A DNA stretch of 64,000 bases from Anaerohalosphaeraceae bacterium (GCA_963675525.2 CAXXSL010000016.1:320001-384000), one strand, 5' to 3'; positions 22,439-30,921 are shown, counted from the stretch's first letter. Numbers and translations: made by a program. The notes: generated from the letters alone by a model not told the origin.

Positions 22439-22587
22439 ACAGGCGGGCTATCCTGTTTAAAATGGCAATATTATGAAAAAAAACACCGATTTTTCTATAT
22501 TTAACACGGCAACTTTCCCTATAATGTCGAAATCACAAGCCGGGATGAAATTCTCAATTTTAGAAAATATTTTCCTTGAGGAATACT

Positions 22588-25029
22588 ATGAAGTCAAAGA
22601 GTTTAAGGAGTTTCCTATGCAGTGAACAATTCGCCGTTCTAGCGGAATTAACCGGCGGACCAGGTTATAATTATGTGCCTTTTGAAATATTTCTATCTGC
22701 TCATCAGGAGAAAAAAGACGCCATTCCGGCAGGGTTTGACTTCGTCGGTATTACTGTTCCGCAAAATCCCGGCGGTGTGGCCAATATTGATCCAACGGAT
22801 GCACTGGCCGTCATCGAACAGAAACACTTGTTAGACGGCCTGGATTATATCCCCCACTTAACCTGTAAGGATAATAATACAGACAGCCTGATCAGCAGTC
22901 TCGTTGGTTACCGTCAGCGCGGGGTCGAATCGGTACTGATTTTGACCGGTGATAAACCAACGACGGCACAAGGTGTTTTTGAAGTTGAAAGCATTGGTTT
23001 ACTTTCATTGACAAAACGACTTAACAATCAGACAATTCTGAACGCAAAACCGGGCCAATGGGATAATCTGCGGCGATTTTATTCCGGTGCGGCGGTATCC
23101 CCTTTTAAATACACCGAAGCCTCGTTGATGCAGCAGTATTATAAAATGGAGAAAAAAGTCCGCGCGGGAGCCGAATTCCTGATAACCCAGGTCGGCTGGG
23201 ACTGGAAAAAATCGCAGGAACTGATGCGATACATGAAAGACAACAAAATGAACACCCCGGTTATCGGTAATGTGTACTGGTTGACCACCTCAACTCCGGC
23301 ACCGCGATTGATGCATGATATTAAACTGCCCGGATGCTTCGTCAGTGATGAACTTCTGGAAAAACTCAAAACTGAAAGCCTCGATGAACATATCGAGCGT
23401 GCCGCCCAGCAGGTTGCCATGTATAAATCGCTTGGGTATGCGGGCGCCGATATCGGCGGTGTGCATGATTATGATATTTTCCTGAAAATCCTGAACCGGG
23501 CGGCTGAAATCGGTGACGACTGGGAAGCTTTTAAGGATAATCTCTACTGGCCGCCTGAAAAGGTGTTTTATTTGTATGATGAAGCGGGCAATCAGGTCCC
23601 GCTTTCGACACCGAAAAAGAAATTCAACGAACGGTTCTTCAATTTCATGCACCGGGCGATTTTAGACCCGGAACATCGCGGTTTTCACGGTTTCAAATGG
23701 CTCCTTAATCTGGTCGGAGCCAATAAAGAAGAACGATTGATGTATAAAACTTTTAATGCCCTTGAGAAAGGGTTTAAATATTGTTTGTTTGACTGCGCTG
23801 AATGCGGCGATTGCTACTTGCCGGAAAACTTCGGATACTGTACGATCGGCGGCTGTGAAAAAGGAGTCGCCAATGCTCCGTGCGGCGATGCAACCGTGGA
23901 CGGCCATTGCGGCAACAATCTTGAACAGCAATGTGTCGGGGAACTCATTTATGCTTCGGCAGCGGCCGCAAATGAACGGGAAAAACTGCGCAAGACCACC
24001 AACAAGTCGCGCGTCCCGGCGTTGGAGCATACAAGCTCAATCGTTAACTATTTATTCGGAAGGGACCATACGATGAAGACCCCCCTGATCGGCATCGGCG
24101 AATCGATTCATGCTTCAATCCCCAAGACCGGCAAAGTAATGGCCGAACTGAACGCACTCGGTGCCGATGCCTATACCACGCCCAGCGGCCCGCTGGACTA
24201 CATTCGCGCATTGATCGAGGAACAGGTCGATGACGGCGCTGCTTATCTGGCAGTAAATCTGGACGCTTTCGGCGAAACGAATCCGCAGCAAACCGTCGCC
24301 ATGATGGTTGAATACACCCGGCTGGTTCGTCAATGGGGCAAGGGGGTTCCCATTTGTTTAGACAGCAGCAACGACGATGCACTGATCGCGGGCCTGAAGG
24401 AATGGTACAACACCGATCAGGCCGTCAAGCCGCCGCTGGTAAATTCCATCAAGATTTACACCGCCGACAAAATGATGCCGCTGAAGAAAGATTACAACTT
24501 TGCCTTTATTGGGCTGTTGGTCAGCGAAGATAAACCGACCGGTCCCGGCGGTTCGCATTCGGTCGAAGAACTGTTCGGCTATGCCAGGGAATTATACACC
24601 AAGGCCATACAGCACGGCTTTCGAGCCGAAGAAATTTTCTTTGACTCAACCGTGTTCCCGATCGCGATCGATATGCCGATGGAGCCGGGTGTGCCGGGGT
24701 ATACGTATCGGGCTTTTGAGACAATTAAGAAGATCAAAACCGATCCCCAGATGAAGAACTGCCATTTCTCGCTGGGCGTCAGCAATAGCTGCCGCGACCT
24801 GCCGGGGCGTCGTATCGGCATCTGCCGGGCGTATGTGGCCAAGGCGATGGAGTACGGGCTGGATGCGGGTATCGTCAATGTCGCACATCGGTATGGTGAA
24901 AAACCGGTTGACCCGGAACTGCTCGCACTGATCGACGCCTATGCCAAACTGGACGGCAGCATGGAAAAGCTCAATGACGCGATGACGCTGATGGGTCAGT
25001 TCTGCGCTTCGTGCAGAAAGCCGGGGTAA
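22588..25029 (+). CDS. Fusion of methylenetetrahydrofolate reductase (MetF), a Cys-rich MTHFR C-terminal/MetV-like domain and a pterin-binding methyltransferase (AcsE/MetH-type) domain
   Basis: PHLTCKDNN, LILTGD, KKVRAGAEFLITQ (MetF); CAECGDC...CTIGGCEKGVANAPCG...C...C (MetV-like); IGESIH, LDSSN, VNSI, IFFD..VFPI, GVSN, AMEYGLDAGIVN (pterin-binding). Confidence 0.85.
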   Translation: MKSKSLRSFLCSEQFAVLAELTGGPGYNYVPFEIFLSAHQEKKDAIPAGFDFVGITVPQNPGGVANIDPTDALAVIEQKHLLDGLDYIPHLTCKDNNTDSLISSLVGYRQRGVESVLILTGDKPTTAQGVFEVESIGLLSLTKRLNNQTILNAKPGQWDNLRRFYSGAAVSPFKYTEASLMQQYYKMEKKVRAGAEFLITQVGWDWKKSQELMRYMKDNKMNTPVIGNVYWLTTSTPAPRLMHDIKLPGCFVSDELLEKLKTESLDEHIERAAQQVAMYKSLGYAGADIGGVHDYDIFLKILNRAAEIGDDWEAFKDNLYWPPEKVFYLYDEAGNQVPLSTPKKKFNERFFNFMHRAILDPEHRGFHGFKWLLNLVGANKEERLMYKTFNALEKGFKYCLFDCAECGDCYLPENFGYCTIGGCEKGVANAPCGDATVDGHCGNNLEQQCVGELIYASAAAANEREKLRKTTNKSRVPALEHTSSIVNYLFGRDHTMKTPLIGIGESIHASIPKTGKVMAELNALGADAYTTPSGPLDYIRALIEEQVDDGAAYLAVNLDAFGETNPQQTVAMMVEYTRLVRQWGKGVPICLDSSNDDALIAGLKEWYNTDQAVKPPLVNSIKIYTADKMMPLKKDYNFAFIGLLVSEDKPTGPGGSHSVEELFGYARELYTKAIQHGFRAEEIFFDSTVFPIAIDMPMEPGVPGYTYRAFETIKKIKTDPQMKNCHFSLGVSNSCRDLPGRRIGICRAYVAKAMEYGLDAGIVNVAHRYGEKPVDPELLALIDAYAKLDGSMEKLNDAMTLMGQFCASCRKPG

Positions 25030-25036
25030 CTTAGAA

Positions 25037-25612
25037 ACCGCAGATTTCGCGGATTTCACTGATTTTTAAAAGAGAAAGAACTCAAGAATGTGGAATCCCG
25101 AAAAATCGGGATTCGGAATGACGGGGTGTGTTAATTGGGTTTGGTTTGGGTTTGATTGGGTTCGCGTGGCGCTATTAAAAAGAGGGGTGTTGCGTCCGTT
25201 GGGGGGTTTGGATTCAATATATTGCAATCCTGTCGTGGTGGTACTTGGGGCTTAAATTGGGTTTGTTTTTTTGGGGGTTGGCGGGGTTAAAAAGGGGGTT
25301 TTTGAGATTTTTCAAAGCAAAACGTGCGATTTTTGGCTGAAAACGGCTTGCGCGAGTAGGGGGTACTTGGGGCCTAAATTGGCTTTGGTTTGGGTTCGAT
25401 TGGGTTCGATTTACAGGCAGAAGTCAGGAGATAGAAGATAGAAGTCAGAATAAGATAATGACTTACAGTCATTTTACTGCGGAGGAAATTGGGTTCGTTT
25501 TGTAAAAAAGGTTGCTCCAAGAACTCATGAACTCCAGAACATAAGAACCCAAGAATGTGGACTTCTTCCAGATGGCTTTTTAAATAGATCCTTCACTTCG
25601 TTCAGGATGACC
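25037..25612. repeat. Collage of short repeats and REP-like hairpins
   Basis: TTGGGTT(T/C)G-type units near 25135-25164, 25256-25266, 25379-25409 and 25489-25500; 7-mer AGAAGTC/AGAAGAT run near 25418-25451; 8-mer xxxAGAAC run near 25517-25557; GTCA-type hairpins near 25092-25122 and 25586-25611. Confidence 0.7.
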
Positions 25613-25719
25613 ATTGTTGGGGGCCGGGCGAGATAGCGGGGCTCGCACTCTATTTAATTGTGAATATTCAATTTTGTGTATTATACCAAAAGTTAGATAA
25701 ATGTAAAACTTTTTATCCA

Positions 25720-25925
25720 CAGATTTCGGGGATTTTCACGCGAAACAGGGTAGAGGGAATTGGCAATTGTCGAATGACGATGGACGATTGTCGATTGGTA
25801 TTTTGAATTGAGGAAGCGGCGTTTGCCGCGGGTAAAAATATTGAAGGTTTATCAATGTTGGCGGGCGTTGGGTTTGATAATAGAAAATAGGGAAGAAAAA
25901 GGTGTCTGACCCCTTAATTTATCCT
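25720..25925 (+). repeat. 206-bp direct repeat, copy 1, ending in REP AAAAAGGTGTCTGACCCCTT
   Basis: Identical by eye to 26011-26216 (offset 291). Confidence 0.9.
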
Positions 25926-25981
25926 GGAAAGTTTTATTTTTATGCGATTGTCAAAGAACCAAAAAAGACACCGAAATGGAG

Positions 25982-26002
25982 AAAAAGGTTCCGGGAACCT
26001 TT
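25982..26002 (+). repeat. RAYT-type REP AAAAAGGTTCCGGGAACCTTT
   Basis: Same palindrome at 26551-26571, 28888-28908 and inverted at 28160-28180. Confidence 0.85.
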
Positions 26003-26010
26003 AATTATCC

Positions 26011-26216
26011 CAGATTTCGGGGATTTTCACGCGAAACAGGGTAGAGGGAATTGGCAATTGTCGAATGACGATGGACGATTGTCGATTGGTATTTTGAATT
26101 GAGGAAGCGGCGTTTGCCGCGGGTAAAAATATTGAAGGTTTATCAATGTTGGCGGGCGTTGGGTTTGATAATAGAAAATAGGGAAGAAAAAGGTGTCTGA
26201 CCCCTTAATTTATCCT
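26011..26216 (+). repeat. 206-bp direct repeat, copy 2
   Basis: Identical by eye to 25720-25925. Confidence 0.9.
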
Positions 26217-26491
26217 CAGGATGACAGAGCGGGTAATCGGAGGATTTATCCCGGATCAAGGTCCGGGACAGACTCTGTTTCGCTTTTATTAGCAGGCCTC
26301 GCACTCTATTTAATTGTGAATATCCAATTTTGTGTATTATACCATAAATTAGATAAATAGCAAACTTTATTTCATTGGTTTTTAAAAATTCACATCTTTT
26401 CCGAATACCACACCTTGCCGGAAAACTTTATTTTTTATGACGGTGTCAAAGAGCGACAGAAAATGATTCCTGACAACTTTGTCTACTCCCC

Positions 26492-26573
26492 TTGGCTTTC
26501 CCATGGCAGAATTTCAACGGAAATTGAGGTGAATGCAATGAAAATTATAGAAAAAGGTTCCGGGAACCTTTAA
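26492..26573 (-). repeat. 82-bp copy of the RAYT gene 5' end, promoter and REP
   Basis: 79/82 identical to 28829-28910; one change turns the -10 box TAAAAT into TGAAAT. Confidence 0.85.
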
Positions 26574-26660
26574 TTAACCTGATTTATTTTGGATAGAAGT
26601 GTAAAATTATAACTATCTCAAAAGCGGGCAATAAGGCAGAGCGCATAAGAGGAAAACAAA

Positions 26661-27356
26661 ATGAAAATAAAGTATTTGGTCAAGAAGAAAATAGTGCTGG
26701 CATGTCTCTTAATAGTAATTATGCTTTTGGCAGGTCTGGTTTTCTTTGGAATTACGAACAAATTAGTAAAGACAGAAACAACTTCAACTAAAACCGTTGA
26801 AATAGCTCCAGGAAAATATATCGAATATCAGGAGCATTTTCTCCACTGGGGCTTGAAACATGAATCAATGTTTGCCGTTCATGCTCTGCCGATGCAAAAG
26901 GCGAAATTCTATCAAAGAGACACAAAATATCTTTCTATACCTTGGAATGGAGAGGAATTATTCTGGATAGGGGTTGGTATTCCTGTCTCGCTGCGAAGCT
27001 ACAAAGACAATCTGTATATGATTACTTTTGACAGGGAATCGGATTTTCGCAAGATTCGGTTTCGATATTATAAACAGAACCATAATGTGCTGTCTGAAAT
27101 ATCTTATAAGGATTATCCAAAGTCAATTGCAACTCAAAACCTTTGGTTGAACAAAGAAGATCTAAAATTATTGAGAGAATTCGATCCAGATGATTTCTGG
27201 TTTCGAGAATCTCTTACAGCCAATATTTGGTATCAGCTAGAGACAGGAAAGGAATTCTATCAACAGAAAGGTATCGATATATCGGCAGAATTTCTCAAAA
27301 ATTATATAGAAAAGAATAAAATCCAAAAACTTGAAAGACTTCTCAAGAACAAATGA
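26661..27356 (+). CDS. AT-rich hypothetical protein with N-terminal membrane anchor
   Basis: 231 aa ORF, RBS GAGG, N-terminal TM helix, no family recognised. Confidence 0.7.
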   Translation: MKIKYLVKKKIVLACLLIVIMLLAGLVFFGITNKLVKTETTSTKTVEIAPGKYIEYQEHFLHWGLKHESMFAVHALPMQKAKFYQRDTKYLSIPWNGEELFWIGVGIPVSLRSYKDNLYMITFDRESDFRKIRFRYYKQNHNVLSEISYKDYPKSIATQNLWLNKEDLKLLREFDPDDFWFRESLTANIWYQLETGKEFYQQKGIDISAEFLKNYIEKNKIQKLERLLKNK

Positions 27357-27394
27357 TTTAGTATGTTTTTTGAAGTCATTTCTTGCACCGTTGT

Positions 27395-27535
27395 CCAACG
27401 TCAAGCATAAAATGAAGCTTCGGATAATTTTTCCTGTTTGCAGAATTGCCGAACCGATAAGATAAGCTGTGATCGCCACTACTTCATCTGCCAGAACTGC
27501 TGCTGGTCCGTATCAGGTTTTCATGCGTTGCTCAT
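27395..27535 (-). pseudogene. Degraded IS66-family TnpA (accessory protein) remnant
   Basis: Manual translation MSNA*KPDTDQQQFWQMK*WRSQLILSVRQFCKQEKLSEASFYA*R resembles the TnpA FW...LSVRQFC...LS..SFY.WR helix-turn-helix; RBS GGAGG. Confidence 0.6.
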
Positions 27536-27862
27536 GATCGCCTCCCCCAAAAAAATCACGAGCCACAATTATCAACTTTCCAAAGAACACCGCAAGATAT
27601 ACTTAACTTAGCCAGAACCTTACAACTGATCTGAATCGTTTTTACGACACTTTCGTGCCTAAGAGGTTAGAGCCATTCAATATGAAATCCGTTCACATAC
27701 CGTAGTATAAACTAAACCTATCCCATTGTAAAAAACCTTCCATGTTATTCAGCAAAACCCACATAGATTATTTATTCGTACCTCCAGAACTATTCTGTTC
27801 GATTTCAATTATTTCTTCTTAACAAAATTTTGACCCTTTGGGAAACTAAAGAAACTATGAAA

Positions 27863-27963
27863 GCCAGATACTCGGGGACGGATATGTTATAATCGTCCCC
27901 AAGACGTGCTCGTCACAGGGACGGCACAAAAATTTATTCACGTAAATTTTAGGAGTATCTGGC
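27863..27963 (+). ncRNA. Structured 5' non-coding RNA of the IS110 remnant (four-way junction)
   Basis: Outer stem GCCAGATACTC/GAGTATCTGGC encloses three hairpins: GGGGACG/CGTCCCC, GTGC-CGTC/GACG-GCAC and AAAATTTA/TAAATTTT. Confidence 0.55.
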
Positions 27964-28161
27964 ATGGAAACGATTTTAGCAATTGATCTGGGCAAAAACA
28001 AGAGCGTTGTTTGTGAAATGGATCGCGGCTCTTTAAAAACTCAATACAGCACCATTCGTACACGGCCGGAGGTCTTTCACGACCTGTTCGCCGATCTGGA
28101 CACCCATCGCTCCATGGTCCTGTTTGAAGTTGGCAATCAGGCCGGCTGGGAGAAAAACTAA
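27964..28161 (+). pseudogene. IS110-family transposase, N-terminal fragment truncated by the RAYT element
   Basis: ILAIDLGKNKSVVC...VLFE...AGW (DEDD/RuvC-like N-terminus); the frame is ended by the REP-derived TAA. Confidence 0.75.
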
Positions 28162-28918
28162 AGGTTCCCGGAACCTTTTTTGGGTCTTCCTCTTGGCCGC
28201 AATGTCGATTCCAATTGCAATTGGCCCGCCGTTTCAGCAATCCATTGGGTGTCTCCGAACGGGCGACCGCGGCTTATGCACTTTCTGATCTCATCGGCTT
28301 GCTGCTGGTATGCGGCAAAGTCCAGGACGTTATCCAGCCAGTTTCGAGAAAGCCTTACCGGTCCGGTTGACAATTTTATGTCATTCTCGGAAAAACCCAT
28401 CCGTTTTGCAAGGCTGCTGTATGGCCAGTCTTGAGGTTGTACGGCGAGTTTGGCTCTGAATGGATTCGCTTCGATATACCTTAAAACGGAGAGATAGTGA
28501 TAATCGTCTTTCAGCGGAAAGCTTTTGAAACGGCCCTGATAGACGTGTCCCATGCCGACCGTATTGTGGGCCGCATGCCAGCGGTTTGTGTGGGTGACAG
28601 TGACCCATCGCATGAATTGCGACAAATCGCCGTCCCGCCTGGGCCAAAGCAGAAGATGCCAGTGATTGCCCATGATACAGTAGCCGCAAAGACGCATGTC
28701 AAAACGTTTCAAACCCTCGGCTAAGATGGATTCAAAGGCCACGAAATCGCCGGGCTTACGAAAGATACGAAGCTTGCCGTTGGCACGATTGATGACATGG
28801 TAAAGATAACCGCCCTTCGTTATTCGCTTTGGCTTTCCCATGGCAGAATTTTAACGGAAATTGAGGCGACTGCAATGAAAATTATAGAAAAAGGTTCCGG
28901 GAACCTTTAAGTTAGTCC
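28149..28918 (-). mobile_element. RAYT element bounded by inverted REPs
   Basis: REP at 28160-28180 (inverted) and 28888-28908 flank the Y1 transposase gene. Confidence 0.7.
28158..28841 (-). CDS. REP-associated tyrosine transposase (RAYT, Y1/HUH family)
   Basis: YHVINRAN, YCIMGNHWHLLL (HUH), GHVYQGRFKS, YIEANP, WPYSS, RGRP tail. Confidence 0.9.
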   Translation of the reverse strand: MGKPKRITKGGYLYHVINRANGKLRIFRKPGDFVAFESILAEGLKRFDMRLCGYCIMGNHWHLLLWPRRDGDLSQFMRWVTVTHTNRWHAAHNTVGMGHVYQGRFKSFPLKDDYHYLSVLRYIEANPFRAKLAVQPQDWPYSSLAKRMGFSENDIKLSTGPVRLSRNWLDNVLDFAAYQQQADEIRKCISRGRPFGDTQWIAETAGQLQLESTLRPRGRPKKGSGNL

Positions 28919-29071
28919 GACTTATAATCGATTTATTTTATCGGGATTGTCAAGGGTTTGGGGGGGTGCGTGTTTTTTGCTGCTTGACAAACGGGAAACC
29001 GGACGGTAAAAAGAACGTTATTGTGGAGCAGTGGACGCTTTTATTGACTCTTTTTTAGGGAGGATATAGTT

Positions 29072-29515
29072 ATGGACGAGAACATGGAAAACCCAACGCC
29101 CACACCGGATAGTCAGCCTCAACAAGCACCCCAACCGCCGCAACCGGCAGAGCCCGCACCCGTCGGAGATGTATCAAAAGATGATAAAATGTGGGGACTG
29201 TTCTGCCATTTGGCGGCGCTGGCGGGATTTATCGGCGTTCCATTCGGGAATATCCTCGGGCCGCTGATCATCTGGCTTATTAAGAAAGACGAGATCGCTT
29301 TCGTCAATGATCAGGGCAAAGAATCACTGAATTTTCAAATTTCAATCGTTATCTATGGGTTGGTTCTCATTCCAACTATTTGCTTTCCGCCGTTATTGAT
29401 TCTTTTGGCATTGGCATTGAGCATAGCAAATATCGTCTTTATCATTATCGCCAGTATTACCGCCAACAAGGGGCAAGCCTATCGCTACCCCTGCTGCATT
29501 CGCCTGGTGAAATGA
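29072..29515 (+). CDS. DUF4870 domain membrane protein
   Basis: WGLFCHL, LGPLIIWLIKK, QGKESLNFQIS, G..YRYP..IRLVK. Confidence 0.88.
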   Translation: MDENMENPTPTPDSQPQQAPQPPQPAEPAPVGDVSKDDKMWGLFCHLAALAGFIGVPFGNILGPLIIWLIKKDEIAFVNDQGKESLNFQISIVIYGLVLIPTICFPPLLILLALALSIANIVFIIIASITANKGQAYRYPCCIRLVK

Positions 29516-29610
29516 TTCAGGACGCCAGCGGCTGTTAACGATTGAAGGGCAGAAGTTGTCTGTCCTCATCTCATTAGAAACTGAAGGGACAGATAACTAT
29601 TAAGGAGACT

Positions 29611-30249
29611 ATGATGAATTTAAGAGCACCCGTAGAACCCGTATCGAAAGCTTTGTACCTTGGTTTTTACTTAGGCGGCAGTTTTCTGGGCGGTATTTTG
29701 ATGGTTATTGCAATCGTCGCTATGGCCGGCGGTGCCGCCGCTGCCGACAGCGGAGAGATCGACTCAGGCGCAGGAGCCGCGATTGCCGGAGTCGGGGTCT
29801 TTATTATGATCCTGGCTATGGCACTTTTGATAACCGGCTTCGTTTTTCTGTATGTCTTATATTACAAAATGTGGGCCGCTATTCAGGATGGTTACGCACG
29901 CACCACTCCCGGGAAAGCAATTGGTTTTATGTTCATCCCGCTTTTTAATATCTACTGGATCTTTCAGGCTGTCTGGGGATATTCCAAAGATTATAATATC
30001 TATCTTCGCCGACATGAAATTCAAGCCGAACCTTTGTCCGAGGTTCTTTTTCTGTGGGTCTGCATTGTGCCGTTCCTGGGATTTATTCCTTTTGTGGGAT
30101 GGCTGGCCAACATTGCCGCCCTTGTCCTGAACATCATGGTGGTGAATTCGGTTTGTAACGGGATCAATGCCCTGGCTTATGCACCGCAAGCCCCTGTTTC
30201 AGAATCCGAATATGCATCGCCGGCCGAACCCCTCCAACCGGGAATGTAA
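29611..30249 (+). CDS. Membrane protein (DUF4328-like)
   Basis: TPGKAIGFMFIPLFNIYW motif; several TM helices. Confidence 0.7.
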   Translation: MMNLRAPVEPVSKALYLGFYLGGSFLGGILMVIAIVAMAGGAAAADSGEIDSGAGAAIAGVGVFIMILAMALLITGFVFLYVLYYKMWAAIQDGYARTTPGKAIGFMFIPLFNIYWIFQAVWGYSKDYNIYLRRHEIQAEPLSEVLFLWVCIVPFLGFIPFVGWLANIAALVLNIMVVNSVCNGINALAYAPQAPVSESEYASPAEPLQPGM

Positions 30250-30269
30250 TTGCCGTTTTATATCAATCC

Positions 30270-30309
30270 AACCCTGCCTGCCGGAAACCCCGGCGGACAG
30301 GGTTTTTTT
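30270..30309 (+). terminator. Intrinsic terminator
   Basis: ACCCTGCCTGCCGG...CCGGCGGACAGGGT followed by a T run. Confidence 0.75.
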
Positions 30310-30373
30310 GTGCTTTCCGTCAAATCTTCGTAAGCTCTTGCAAATTCGCCGGTTGAGTGCTATCATATCGCCC

Positions 30374-30850
30374 ATGTCAAAAGGCAAAGATTCCAAAATA
30401 GACAAAAACCCGAGTATGCAGAATAAAAAGGCGTACCACAACTTCGAGCTGCTGGAGAAGGTCGAGGCGGGAATTGCTCTGTTGGGCACCGAGGTCAAAA
30501 GCCTGCGCGACAAACACTGCGACCTGGATGCCTGTTACGCCCGTATCATCGGTAACGAGGTCTGGCTGGTCGGCTGCAAGATCGCCGCATATGACCGCGG
30601 CGGCTATACCAATCATGAGCCGCTTCGCAACCGAAAGCTTTTGCTGCACAAAACGCAAATAAAAAAGATCAAAACCAAGCTGGAGCAGCGCGGGTTTACG
30701 CTGGTGCCGACAAAGGTTTATTTCAACTCGCGCGGTGTCGTTAAAGTGGAACTGGCACTGGCCACCGGAAAAAGGCAATACGACAAACGGCAAAAACTGC
30801 AGGAACAACAACAGAAAAAGGATATTAACCGGAGCATGAAAAAATATTAA
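30374..30850 (+). CDS. smpB: SsrA-binding protein
   Basis: NKKAYHNF, EAGIALLGTEVKSLR, RKLLLHK, GKRQYDKR; ATG 30374 lies 7 nt after a TTGCAA-N17-TATCAT promoter. Confidence 0.95.
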   Translation: MSKGKDSKIDKNPSMQNKKAYHNFELLEKVEAGIALLGTEVKSLRDKHCDLDACYARIIGNEVWLVGCKIAAYDRGGYTNHEPLRNRKLLLHKTQIKKIKTKLEQRGFTLVPTKVYFNSRGVVKVELALATGKRQYDKRQKLQEQQQKKDINRSMKKY

Positions 30851-30865
30851 TCACGTAATCACGCT

Positions 30866-30892
30866 CTGGATGCCGGATCAAGTCCGGCATGA
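30866..30892. repeat. GTCA-type REP
   Basis: CTGGATGCCGGATCAAGTCCGGCATGA; same family as 37801-37868. Confidence 0.7.
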
Positions 30893-30921
30893 GAACGAGC
30901 GGATTCTCATTTATGGAGAGA

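Noticed and set aside
22140..22587. SAM or cobalamin riboswitch before the MetF fusion
   Set aside because: No recognisable consensus elements.
25713..25721. Second perfect DnaA box
   Set aside because: Isolated and part of the ATCCACAGATTTC repeat junction.
25902..26102. 66-aa ORF inside the repeat array
   Set aside because: Starts inside a REP and reads through duplicated non-coding modules.
25720..26580. CRISPR array
   Set aside because: Repeats differ in sequence, spacing is irregular (86-273 bp), spacers are themselves duplicated and no cas gene is present; better explained as REPs.
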